Below are positions 50,166-64,000 of a stretch of DNA of 64,000 nt, piece by piece. The position numbers and the translations under genes are program-made. Positions within the stretch are counted from its first letter, which is position 1. Each line of letters begins with the position of its first letter. Location of the stretch: NCBI GenBank assembly GCA_964016885.1, contig OZ024741.1, forward strand, positions 266,910,001 to 266,974,000, written 5' to 3'. Below the pieces are notes generated by a model that did no database searches, was not told where the DNA came from, and saw only the letters and a list, made by a program, of their open reading frames with translations. Source of the DNA: Eledone cirrhosa. Taxonomy: Eukaryota.

Positions 50166-50320
50166 TTCATTATTTAACGATCGTTTCTAGGATATATATG
50201 TGTTAGAATTGGTATGCATATTCAACAGATCTATGTACAAAATTATACAAAATTATACAAATTATCAAGATTAAATATACATACCAAACACATATATACG
50301 CCGTCTTCAGAAATAATGAA
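50166..50320 (-). ncRNA. Type I hammerhead ribozyme with greatly extended stem II
   Basis: 10-bp stem I UUCAUUAUUU/AAAUAAUGAA and core CUGAAGA. Long stem II (UAUAUAUGUGUU/AACACAUAUAUA and UGGUAUG/CAUACCA). GAA-ACGAUCGU-U. Confidence 0.7.
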
Positions 50321-50979
50321 GTATATTTATTGATAATAACAACAATTCAAAATTTCAGGTCCGTTTGGGAACAAAATTGACCAATGAAAACACAAAGGGT
50401 TAAATGCAGTTCGGTGTGTGTATATACATGTAAAACCCTTACACATATTTTACAAAAATGTATGTATAATTTGTATACGCATACTAAAAGGATGGATGCA
50501 AATACAAAATTTCAAGGTTAATGTCTCTGTAAGTTTATAATGCGCAGATAAGATGCGTATTGACACTTATGAAGTTAAGTATATAAATATATTTTTTCAT
50601 ACTCACATATATCCGTACAATCACACATACACGCGCGTATATGCATAAATATACACATAACCACGAACATACAAACACACACACACCCCCACTCACATTT
50701 ATATATGTGGATATAAAATCATAAGCACATGGATATTAATTCACTCACATAAAACACTGGCACACACATTTTTAGATCAAGATACAGAAATTAGGTGGGA
50801 GGGGGGGGGAGGGGTCAGTATTCAACGGTCTGAGCAGACTGCCTAATATAAATGTATCTATAAACTAAGAAAAATAAAAGAATAAAATATAATAAATAAA
50901 ACATTAAAGAGGAAAGAATAGAAAGAAAAACAGAAAAAAGAAAAAAGAAAAAAGAAAAAAGAAATATATCAAGAAAATA

Positions 50980-51002
50980 AATATATACATATACACATAT
51001 AT

Positions 51003-51043
<41 letters not shown>

Positions 51044-51239
51044 TATATACATATACAAAAACATACCTATATATACACATAGACACACACACATCCATAC
51101 ATAAATATACACACATATATAAACACATACATACATATACACACATCCACACTAAGAACATACATACACACACATATATAAACATTTACATATACACACA
51201 TACATACATATACACATATACATACAAATACACATACAC

Positions 51240-51289
<50 letters not shown>

Positions 51290-51599
51290 GTACATACACG
51301 TACATATACACACACATATACATATAATCACACATACTATATAGAACCAGATATATATAACCACACACATATATGCACATATACAACACTTACATACTAA
51401 TATACATACAGATATACACATACATAGCTATATATACACACAAATATATACAGACTTACATATATACATACAGACAAATACTTACGCATCTATATATCGG
51501 TATATACATACAAACACCACTACACTATCACACAACTTAGAAATACAAAGAGAAAGGTATATACCTATACACACATACATATACAAATAGAAAAACATA

Positions 51600-51635
<36 letters not shown>

Positions 51636-51944
51636 TATACATATACATACATATATATAACATATACATATATATATATATATATATATACACATACAAA
51701 TACACATACACACACATACAGATATATACACATACATACATGTACACACACATAGAAATATTTACGCATACACAGATACACACATACATATAAAGTCATA
51801 CACACACATACACCTACACGAACATACACATACACATATATAAAGATATATATACACACACACACACACACGCAACACATACACACATACACATATATAT
51901 AAAAAATAAATAATAAAGATATATACATATATATATACACATAC

Positions 51945-51977
<33 letters not shown>

Positions 51978-52360
51978 CACATACACCTAAATATACATAC
52001 ACATACATACACACATACATAGACATACATGTACATACATATACGTACATCGATATACATATATATATATATATATATACACACATAGACATATACATAC
52101 ATACACACACAACCTACATACACACATATATATACATGTATATTCATACATAGAATTAGATATATAATCATACATACATATGCACTTACTTATATTCATA
52201 TATACAAATACATACGCATCCATATATGCGTATATACATAAAAAACCACTACAACCTCACCTAACTCAGACATACAAATAAAAATAATAATAAAAAGGCA
52301 TATGTATATACATACACACACGCATTAATAGAGATATATATATACACACATACATACACA

Positions 52361-52402
<42 letters not shown>

Positions 52403-52656
52403 CACATACACTCATACATATATATATATATATACATAGATACCCACACACTCATACCACCATAAATACACATACAAACACCCACATATACATATATATA
52501 CACACGTATATATATATATATATATACACACACATAAAAAACAGACATGCACATATATATATATTTTTTTACACTTATATATACACATATTATATACACA
52601 TACACAACCTCACTTATACACACATACACATAAGTTATATTATAATAATAAAAAAT

Positions 52657-52691
<35 letters not shown>

Positions 52692-52782
52692 ACATACATA
52701 CATATATATATATATATACACATAAACATATACATACATATATACACACATACGAATATAGACATATATTCACACATAGACA

Positions 52783-52824
<42 letters not shown>

Positions 52825-53330
52825 TACATATACACAGACACATATACACACTCATATATATGTGTGTGTGCACACACACATATATACACACATACACATA
52901 TATACACATAAACACATATATGTGCATACATGCACACACACACACATATATCACATAGATACGAAGATAGACATATAAATAGAGAGACATACATATATAT
53001 ACAACACACATACACACACATACATATACACGCATATACATATACATATATATATACATATATATATTCCTATATATACATATATACATATATATACACA
53101 TATATACACATACATACACATATACGTACACACATTCACATACACATACATATATACATGCATATATACACATATATACATACATACACACACTCATATA
53201 TACACACACAATCTTACATTCATATTTGCATGCGCATATATGTATTTTTATATTTAGATATAAATACCCAAACTTATATAGACACCTACCTACATATATA
53301 TTCATACATAGACGCTTACAAATACAGATG
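50980..53330. repeat. Degenerate (CA)/(TA) microsatellite tract
   Basis: Continuous CA/TA low complexity, lying between the Penelope ORF end and the hammerhead. Confidence 0.95.
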
Positions 53331-54488
53331 ATAATAGTATGGGGGAAAGGGGGGGTTTGGAGAAGGGGATCAAAGTAAATATATGTTTCAAGAAACATAG
53401 AATATTTTCCGTATCTTTATCCAATGTATGTTTTTACATATTTTCAGTGTTAGGAAATACAACAAACAAGAACTAAGGCAAAATCTATGCATCTCAAAAT
53501 AAATAAGTATACCATTAATCATATGTTAACTAAACCAAAGATAGTTAACATATTGATTTCTAAGGTGTAAATTAGTTAGGTTTATAATATTTGAAGCAGA
53601 ATTTTGAAGTTAAATAGTAGTAGAGTATTAATTACAGTATAACTAAATTAAAGTTAATACCGTTATGGTATCAATATTAGGAAATGAATTTAGTAATAGG
53701 GAAAAAAAAAAAAAAAAAAAAAATAAATAAAATAAAGTATTACATCGGTAGTAGAATATAAATTATAGGTTAACTAAATTAAAAATTATATATTTATTTC
53801 TATAGTATATGTTAATTAGGTATACAATACATAAAGCAGATATTGTATTTCATCAATAGCATAATATAATTATATGCAAATAGAAATCAAAATTAATACG
53901 CATACATATACATATACATACACATACACATATACATATATATACACACATATATATATATATATATATACATATATACACATATACATACATACACACA
54001 TACACATACACATATACATATACATATCTTTTTCAAAAAATTGCATAGAATATATTAACTAGGTATATATCCAAAACACATCCCATTCTATGATTACATG
54101 ACATTCTGCAATTCGTCTGTATAAGGATACTAATTTTAAGCAAATTAAAATTAAATTTTTAGGTTGATTAAAACTAAAACCAAATTATAAATATATTTCT
54201 AAAATGTATATTAATTAGGTCTATAATACTAAAAATTATTTCTCTGTCATTGGATACACGATATTATTTTGTTATATTTTATCTGTAAAAGAATTATAAT
54301 AAAAAGTTTAAATAAATTAAAATTAATCTATAAATTAAATTACTAAGTATATATTAGTAATATTTAAAGGTTTTTCACAATTTATGATTACATAATATTT
54401 TATATTCTCATCTGTAATAAAATTTTAATTAAATTAAATTTATAGGTTAACTAACATTTAAATTAAATTAATTTCTAAAATAATGTTA

Positions 54489-56035
54489 TTAATTAGGTTT
54501 ATAATATTTAAATGTTTTTTTTAGTTTATGATTACACGATATAATTAATTCCTGTCGTTTATTTAATAAGATATCCTTAGACTTCATTATTTCAAATAGT
54601 TCTTGGGAACATAATCTACATTCATTTCTATTATTTTGATAAGGGGTGGCTCTTTTGAGCACACTCCAGGTCAAATCATATTTTATATTCTTATTTTTAT
54701 AACTATTGATTTTTTCTGCTAGAGATGTTGTATTAGCCAGTGCGGCATTTTTAAAACTATGCTTGTGGGTATTAAACCTTGTCTTAAAATTGTTAGAGGT
54801 AGCTCCTATATATGAGCAAATAGAATCTTTAGTTTTAACATTACATTTATAGACTATGTTGTTAACAAGACAATTCCCTTTTAATGGGCAGTTTGCTTTG
54901 TTTCTACAGTTACATCCTTTCGTTAATTCTGTATTTGAGGAGATATTATGGTTAATTTGATGTACTGGTGGTATACTTATGGTTTTCTTACATTTATATG
55001 CATTATATGCACTTATATTTTGTTTTATGTTATTTGTTGTAGAGTATGAGAATTTAACTGTAGACCTATTTAAGATTTGATGGTATTTGTGGTTTGGCGG
55101 GAAGTTTTTCTCAAGAATATAAAAAAATTTTTTAGCAATATTATCCTTAACTTGTAAATTAAAAGGAGCATTATACCAAGTAACCCGTCTATTACGGTTT
55201 CTATGTTGTTTATTATTTTTATTATTTTTATAGGTTGTATCGTGATTTTTACTAGGAGGATTAATGTTAATGATCTCACCACAACTATTTTTAGTTATAT
55301 TTGTAGATTTAGGTGTTTTATCCTTTTTATTAGGAGTTTTATTATTAATATTTATTAGAGTTGTATGATGAGTAGTTTTTTGAGAGTTACTATACTTTAT
55401 ATTAGAAGATTTGGTATTTTGGGGTATAGTGTGGGTGGCATTTAGGTGTGTACTTTTCATTTGGTGTTTGTTGGTAATATTATGTTGTATGCTTTCAGTA
55501 TTTTTAGTAGAAGGTATATACTCTAATCTATTTTTGTGGCCACTTCTATCTAGAGCTTCGTTATAGAAGGTCGCATTTTTATCAAATACATCTTGGTTAG
55601 AAGAAAGGTTAGAAATTCTAAGTGATATATTATATGCAAGGTTTTTAAGGATAGATTTAGGGTGATTAGATTGTGAGTGTATGTAATGTAAGTTTTGGTT
55701 AGGTTTATGGTAAGGTTGGTAGATACCCGTAGCTAAATCTAAAGTTATATCTAGGAAATTTACTACTTTACTTGTTTTTTCAAAAGTAATATTAAGATTA
55801 TAATAGTCTTTAAGGAAAGTTCTAATATGTTTTTTGTTTTTTTCAATTTCTGAAAGGCTAAGGTTGTTAGAAAGAAGAAGACAGTCATCACGATATAAAC
55901 CACCTTTGAGGTGGGGAAAAGAGGCATTTATGTTGAAAAGGAGAAAGAGGCCCACAAGATCAGTAATTTGGGCGGAATCGCTTGAACCCATAGTAATATC
56001 AAAAAGATTACTGTATGTGTTTCTGGTCCAGTATT
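54489..56035 (-). mobile_element. Penelope-like element (Hydra-clade-like), 5'-truncated ORF: RT C-half + GIY-YIG
   Basis: FDITMGSSDSAQITDLVG, GLYRDD, NFLDITL, CNCRNKANCPLKGNCL..VYKC..YIGAT..FKTRFNTHKHSF, CRLC..E, LLNKR..SCNH. Confidence 0.93.
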
Positions 56036-56187
56036 CATATATATATATATATTATATATATATATATATATTATATATATATATATATAATATATATAAT
56101 ATATATATATTATATATATATTATATATATAATATATATATATTATATATATATAATATATATATTATATATATAATATATATATAT

Positions 56188-56233
<46 letters not shown>

Positions 56234-56252
56234 TATATAGAATATATATATG

Positions 56253-56284
<32 letters not shown>

Positions 56285-56286
56285 AT

Positions 56287-56337
<51 letters not shown>

Positions 56338-56502
56338 TTATATATATATAATATATATTATATATATATAATATATATATATAATATATATTATATATAT
56401 ATAATATATATATATTATATATATTATATATATATAATATATATATATTATATATATTATATATATATAATATATATATATTATATATATTATATATATA
56501 TA

Positions 56503-56559
<57 letters not shown>

Positions 56560-56594
56560 ATATATATATATATTATATATATTATATATATATA

Positions 56595-56647
<53 letters not shown>

Positions 56648-56649
56648 AT

Positions 56650-56681
<32 letters not shown>

Positions 56682-56713
56682 ATATATATATATATTATAT
56701 ATATTATATATAT

Positions 56714-56762
<49 letters not shown>

Positions 56763-56764
<2 letters not shown>

Positions 56765-57227
56765 CAATATTAAATAAATGGAAAACTATATTTATAAAAC
56801 CATATTTATTTCATTATATATATTTCGGGGATATCATATTAACAATATGCTATGCCTTCATCAGACAAAATACAATATAAACAGTTTTATAGATAAATAT
56901 ATTCGACATACCGTAATAAACATCAACTTCATTTGAAGAGGTTTACGCTAGCAGTGAAAATACAGAGAGAAAGAAAAGAGGGAAAAAAAAAAAAAGAAAG
57001 AAAGAAAGACAAAACGAAGAAAAGGAAGAAAAAGAAGAAAAAGAAAAAGAAGAAATGCATGGAACAAAATAGAAAGATGGAAAACTAGATAAAGCGAAGA
57101 GCTTCATGTAAAGAGACAGAAAGAGATACATATATATAGAGAGAGAGGAAATAGAGATAGATACATATATATATAGAGAAAATTAGGTAGTGGGAGGTCA
57201 TTTTGAGTAAGTGTATCAATGATACAT

Positions 57228-57262
<35 letters not shown>

Positions 57263-60200
57263 GCTCAAGTATTAACGTAAGGGAGATATATAGAGAGATA
57301 TAGAGAGATATAGAGAGAGAAAAAAATTTAAAAATAGCCAGACATATTCGAGGCGTAGAAAACCCTATGTTTTAATGTATTAGTATTTATAAAACTTACA
57401 CTATATTGTAAATATCAGTATTCCTGAATGAAACAAGTATTCACAATGTGTGAAAATTCATTATCTTATGTTTAGTTTTTAAAAATTCATATGTTTATGT
57501 GACAGCTACAAACATCAATGTGAATCCAACTGATTCACTCCGCAAACTCTAAGTTACCGGAAAACATTCTCAATGTGGTATACAAATTTGAGCGTATTAT
57601 TATTCTTGCGATTACTCTACAAGATTATCTATCAAGCATAAATAGAGAGCAGATTTCAATATACTAATCGAAAATATATATTATATTATAAACAAAGATA
57701 ACAATAATAATAATAAGTAAAAATATATAAAAATATAGAATAGAAAACTAAAAAAATAAAAAAATATTACGAAAGAATATTACATAATAAAAATATTGCA
57801 TATTAAAAATACTACGTATTAAAAAATATTACGTATTAAAAATTTACATATAAAAATATTAAAAATAAAATAAAAATATTATAGAATACTACAATACTAA
57901 AAGAATAAAAATAAAAATAAAAATAAATAAAAATAAAAATAAAAATGAAAATAAAAATAAACCACAAAGAACAACCCTTCAAAGTTAATTGACAATATAT
58001 TGCCAAGTTCACTACAAGACAAAGCCAAAAATTATCTATCAAATCACATCTAGCAAAGAATATCGCAAAAAGATTATGATGTCCAATAATGTCTACATAT
58101 GTTCCTATATTTAATATAGAAGTTTATCTAGTGTAAGGTTAATTCAAAAAATTTGGAGCATCGGCTTTTAGGGTAGCTTAATTTTTCATGAGGAATGTTT
58201 AGATAAAAATAAAAATAAATAAAATAAAATAAACAATAAAAAGAGTAAAAAGAGGGAATCATAGATTTAGGAATCAAAAGATTTATCGGCTAGTTCTCAT
58301 ATAAATATAAATCAAACTAAACATACTACATTTTAAATTTAAATTTATATTTAAACGTTGAGTTTAATCTATGTTTGCAACAACTGAATAAATTTGTCCG
58401 TAGGTTAAGGGAATTTTTAGATTTTAGTATAAAGAATATCTCCTCTGCGCAGAGGTCACATGTCTCAGAGGATGAATTAAAAGGAATCCCTCTTGAGACT
58501 ATATTCCAAGCCGTCGAATATCTAACGTTATCTAGCTTAAGTTGCCAGAGTACCCCTGATAGTGCCGTTGAAGATTTTTTATTTGGATCTGTGAAAGAAT
58601 TCTTGTGGTTATTATAGCGAAGTTTAAATTCCGTCGATGTGGAACCGACGTAGTTAAAAGAATTAGAGTCAGTATTAACATTACAATTGTATACTATATT
58701 TTTAACTAAGCAGTTGTTATTTAACGGACATTTAGATCTATCTCTACAGTTACATTTGTTAACTTGTATATTATTTATGCTATTATCAGTAGGTTTTAAG
58801 TTCCTATTATTTATTCTATTAATATTTTGTGCTAAATTTTTGGTGGATGAGTAGGTTAATTTAATTGTATGCCTATTGAAGATTGAGTGATACCTATGTG
58901 TTCTAGGGAAGCGATTATCAAGAGCTTTGAAAAATAATTTAGCGATGTGGGTTTTAATGTTTAGTGAGAAAGGGGGGGCAAACCAAATTATGTTCCTAGT
59001 TCTATTTCTTTTTTGTCCTTTGGAATTATTGTAATGCTTAGTATTATAGTTGTTAATGTTGTTGCCGTAATTAAAAAAGTTGTTACTTTGTTTAGTTTGT
59101 CTATCATTATCTATGTACACAATCTTATCATCATACCCTGCCCTAGCTAGTGCATCATTATAGTATTGGGCCTTTTCGTCAAAAATCTTTCTATTCGACG
59201 AGATCCTAGAGATACGTTTTTGGACTGAGTTTACTATAGTGTTTTTGACAGATCTGGGGTGGTTAGAGTTAAAGTTGACATAGTTTAAGTTTTCATTCAA
59301 CTTGTGAAAAGGATAGTGGAGACATGTGTTGAGATTTAATGTTATATCTAGGAAATTGACTATTCTATGGTTGTTCTCAATTTCTATTTTAAGGTTAAAG
59401 TAATTAAAAAATTTTGTAATTTGTTTACATTTTCTATTTAGTTCAGGGTTATTATTATTAATAAGTAAAAGCATGTCATCCCTATATAAACCTCCGGTAG
59501 TACCAGGTATTTTCCTATGTAGCGAATTGATTAAAAATAAGCCCACAAGGTCAGTTACCTGAGCTGAGTCGGAAGATCCCATAGTTATGTCAAAATTGCT
59601 ATCTCTATCTGCTCTGGTCCATAATTTGTCATTAAATTCTATCAAAGTTTTCCTAGCCGATAATATAATATGCATTTCTTTGCTAGTTAGGTCCGTATGT
59701 TTGAATGCGTAATTTAGTGCCTTATTTAGTAGACTAGGGGTAATAGAAGAATAATAGTTAGCTATATCAAGTTGAATAAACCTATTATTATTGTCATATT
59801 TAATTTGCCTAAACCACTCAACAACCTCTCCAGTTCCCTTCCACAAGCTCAGGTTAGATACACAATCCAAGTTCTTAATTTGCAGTATCACCCTGTCAAG
59901 AATGTTTTTGCTTAATTTGCCCAGGTCCGATTTTGAAGGTGCGATCAATCTAACTGGCAGGGTCATTTTCAAAATTCCTCTTGTGGTCCTTCATATTGAT
60001 CTTCGGTTTCCTGGGCACGAAAGGTTGTGTTCTGTTCTCAATTTCCAACTCATGCATTATACAAGATGCTTCAACATTCATTTTCTCAAGTTCGGCCTTA
60101 TCTGCTACCTTGTATTTTTTCCTCAGCTCTTTCAATATGAGGCCATTATACATGTCTTTCCGCACTCCATAGAGGTTGTTGGTCTTGTCAGATTTCACCA

Positions 60201-60297
60201 AGATCTTCTCAGTTTTCTCTAAGCTCTCAATGTTATCCTTAATGCCTTTCAGATATTCCTGGCCTTTAAAGTTTCTCTTGAATTTAAATATAACTTT
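56763..60297 (-). mobile_element. Penelope-like element (Hydra-clade-like), near-complete RT + GIY-YIG with one frameshift, plus 3' terminal repeat
   Basis: VKSDKTNNLY..MKDHKRNFENDP, frameshift at ~59960, then RLIAPSKS..GLYRDD..CNCRDRSKCPLNNNCL..YVGST..CDLC..CKH ending at 58326. Terminal repeat at 56763-57320 has a CUGAUGA..GAAA core. Linkage across the AT-rich 57.3-58.3 kb is inferred. Confidence 0.88.
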
Positions 60298-60484
60298 ACA
60301 TATATATATATAATATATATATATATATATAATATATATATAATATATATATATAGATTATATATATATAGTATATATATATAATATATATATATATAGT
60401 ATATATATATAATATATATATAGTATATATATAATATATATATATATATTATATATATATATATTATATATATATATATATAGT

Positions 60485-60539
<55 letters not shown>

Positions 60540-61366
60540 TATATATAGTATATATATATAATATATATATATATAGTATATATATATAATATATATAGTA
60601 TATATATATAATATATATATATATAGTATATATATATAGTATATATATATAATATATATATATATATAATATATATATAGTATATGTATATATTTATAAT
60701 ATATATATTATATATATATAGTATATATTTATAATATATATATATATATATTATATATATATAGTATATATATATAACATATATAATATATATATATATT
60801 ATATATATAGTATATATATATAATATATATATTATATATATATATATTATATATATATACTATATATATATATATTATATATATATATTATATATATATA
60901 CTATATATAATATATATATATAATATATATAATATATATATATATAATATATATATATATTATATATATAATATATATATATATAATATATATATATATT
61001 ACATATATATAGTATATATATATAATATATATAAATAATATATATATATATATTATATATATATAGTATATATATAATATATATATATATAGTATATATA
61101 TATAATATATATATATATAGTATATATATAATATATATATATATAATATATATATATTATATATATATAGTATATATATATATTATATATATATAGTATA
61201 TATATATATAAATATATATAGTATATATATATAATATATATATATATAATATATATATATATAATATATATATATATATATAATATATATATATATTATA
61301 TATATATAGTATATATATATATAATAAATATATATATTACATATATATAGTATATATATATAATAT

Positions 61367-61400
<34 letters not shown>

Positions 61401-61424
61401 ATATATATATAATATATATATAAT

Positions 61425-61467
<43 letters not shown>

Positions 61468-61517
61468 TATATATAATATATATATAATAATATATATATA
61501 TAATATATATATAATAT

Positions 61518-61549
<32 letters not shown>

Positions 61550-62032
61550 ATATATATATATATAATATATATATATATTATATATATAATATATATATAT
61601 ATATATAATATATATATATATATAATATATATATATATAATATATATATATAATATATATATATAATATATATATATATAATATATATATATATATAATA
61701 TATATATATATAATATATATATATATAATATATATATAATATATATATATATAATATATATATATATAATATATATATATATATAATATATATATAATAT
61801 ATATATATATAATATATATATAATATATATATATATAATATATATATATATAATATATATATAATATACAGTATATACGTATCGAGAGAGAGAGAAAAAA
61901 AGGGGAGGATAGTTGATACATATAGTTATTTGCCAAGTAGCGTATGCCAAACGTGCTCGATACTAGTGCCGGCAGTATTAAATATTCGAAGTGTTAATAT
62001 TTAGTGGGCTAGAGAGTTAGCAGAGCGTAAGC

Positions 62033-63352
62033 ACGTCGGAAAGTAAGAAATCGGAGAATAGACCGTTAAAACATGTTTATTTAAAACAGCACCTACGTAC
62101 GTTTCGCCCAGTTGGGCTTCTCAAGGACATAAATAATCAAAAGTGTTCCTTACATTGCTCGGAAAGAGTTTTTGGGGTTAAATCCACGTCAAGGTTCATT
62201 GCTAGCAAAAATAGCTTGTTTTGATTTTGCAGCAGGTCAAGGGAGGTAACTCTGGCCGGTGTTAAGGCAGTCTTTCCGCAGACGCAACCAGCATAATCGC
62301 GAAATGACTGGGGAACATGCAGGACATGACATGCGAAATAACAATCGCACCACCCCGCGTGCTGTGGGTTGTAATGGTGCGAACGACAGCTGCGGTAGCG
62401 TAGGTAACAACGTAGGCAGCAACAATGATAGCCTTACCGTGGGAAATAGACGGAACCGCGACAGAAATTGCAACTGCCGCGAGAGAGGACGCTGCCCCCT
62501 TAGAGGATACTGCTTGACTGATAGGGTTATGTATAGATGCACTATAACTAGCCACAATAGCGTTAAACATTATATAGGGGCTACCTCCGGCCCGTTCAAA
62601 ATTAGGTTTCGAACACATCTCCACTCTTTCACAAATAAAAAACTAAGACACTCCACTTCGCTCGCGGACTACATCACATCACTAAAGGACTTAAACATCA
62701 GCTTCTCCACGCACTGGGATATTGTCGGCAGGGCTGCACCGTACAACTTCAAGAGGAAATGCGATCATGGAGCTCTAGCACATCATAAGTGCACCCCACG
62801 AGCTCATCAACAGCAGAGCTGAAACAGCGATAGGTTGTTCACATCGCTTAAAAATATCCTTCTTCAGATGGGTTAAGGATGAGGAGTGAAACTGTGCACC
62901 GGATTTCCTGCAACAAGTCTTAACACCCGGCGGGCAGGCGCTGCAAAATAACACCCAGGAAACTATCCTTGCATACCAGACCCAACCTCAAACGACTCAA
63001 ACAAACAGATGCGGCAAAAAAAAACTCTCAAAATAAGCGTTGATTACATGCGTATCGACAATGGTAAGGTTGTAACCTCATCTCGTAGCGGATAAAAAAT
63101 TTTTTCCGGGAAAGACTGCCCTAACACCGGCCAGAGTTACCTCTCTTGACCTGCTGCAAAATCAAAACAAGCTATTTTTGCGAGCAATGAACCTTGACGT
63201 GGATTTAACCCCCAAAACTCTTTCCGAGCAATGTAAGGAACACTTTTGATTATTTATGCCCTTGAGAAGCCCAACTGGGCGAAACGTACGTAGGTGCTGT
63301 TTTAAATAAACATGTTTTAACGGTCTATTCTCCGATTTCTTACTTTCCCACG

Positions 63353-63353
<1 letters not shown>
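62033..63353 (+). mobile_element. 5'-truncated Penelope-like element with inverted terminal repeat
   Basis: 245-bp inverted repeats at 62033-62277 and 63109-63353. GIY-YIG region CNCRERGRCPLRGYCL..YIGAT.. frameshifts near 62765 into ELINSRAETAIGCSHRLK..*. Confidence 0.9.
63257..63296 (+). ncRNA. Type I hammerhead-like fold, variant core CUUGAGAA
   Basis: UGCC-CUUGAGAA-GCCCAACUGGGC-GAA-ACGUACGU-A-GGUG. Inverted copy at 62090-62129(-). Confidence 0.6.
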
Positions 63354-63417
<64 letters not shown>

Positions 63418-63437
63418 ATATATAATATATAATATAT

Positions 63438-63494
<57 letters not shown>

Positions 63495-63807
63495 TATATA
63501 TATATAATATATATATATATATAATATATAATATATATATAATATATATATATATATAATATATATATATATATAATATATATATATATAATATATATAT
63601 ATATATAATATATATATATATATATAATATATATATATAATATATATATATATATAATATATATATATATATAATATATATATATAATATATATATATAA
63701 TATATATATATAATATATATATATATAATATATATATAATATATATATATATAATATATATATATAATATATATATATATAATATATATATAATATATAT
63801 ATCTATA

Positions 63808-64000
63808 TAAGGATTACCATAAAACTAATCGGTGCGTCATCAATGAAATCAACGATGCTGGGTTTAAAATCACATCTGATCTCAACATCCTGGACAGGAC
63901 CGAAACTCTGGACCCTATTTCTCCCCCACTTTACCCTGAAGGATCACAAATCCAATTTTCCGAACAACCCCTCTATTCGGCTCATTAACCCTACGAAGTC
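63808..64000 (+). mobile_element. Start of another truncated Penelope-like RT
   Basis: KDYHKTNRCVINEIND..LNILDRTE, then a frameshift into FTLKDHKSNFPNNPSIRLINPTKS. Homologous to 59930-60120(-). Confidence 0.85.

Overview
Eukaryotic, AT-microsatellite-rich animal DNA; the repeat families suggest a coleoid cephalopod (Octopus-like), which is an inference. Positions 2.4-25.4 kb (+) hold the 3' ten coding exons of an RGS12/loco-like gene: end of the RGS domain, two Ras-binding domains, a Pro-rich tail and a C-terminal PDZ-binding motif. Splice phases are consistent throughout. Its introns carry three minisatellites, a maT-like Tc1/mariner transposon, MITEs, SINEs and RTE fragments. From 26 to 64 kb there is no recognisable host gene. 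This part is a transposon nest in (TA)n tracts: one RTE LINE with an open 1020-aa ORF (APE + RT with an embedded PHD-like finger), truncated RTE copies of several subfamilies often in inverted pairs, partner tRNA-SINEs, and at least four Penelope-like elements (RT-GIY-YIG). The main hidden signal is a diverse set of type I hammerhead-ribozyme folds in the Penelope terminal repeats, some with non-canonical cores and one with a ~115-nt stem II insert. Other notable items are a possibly dual-frame RGS12 exon, a degenerate GoLoco motif, and a 4.2-kb array built from a SINE Pol III A-box.
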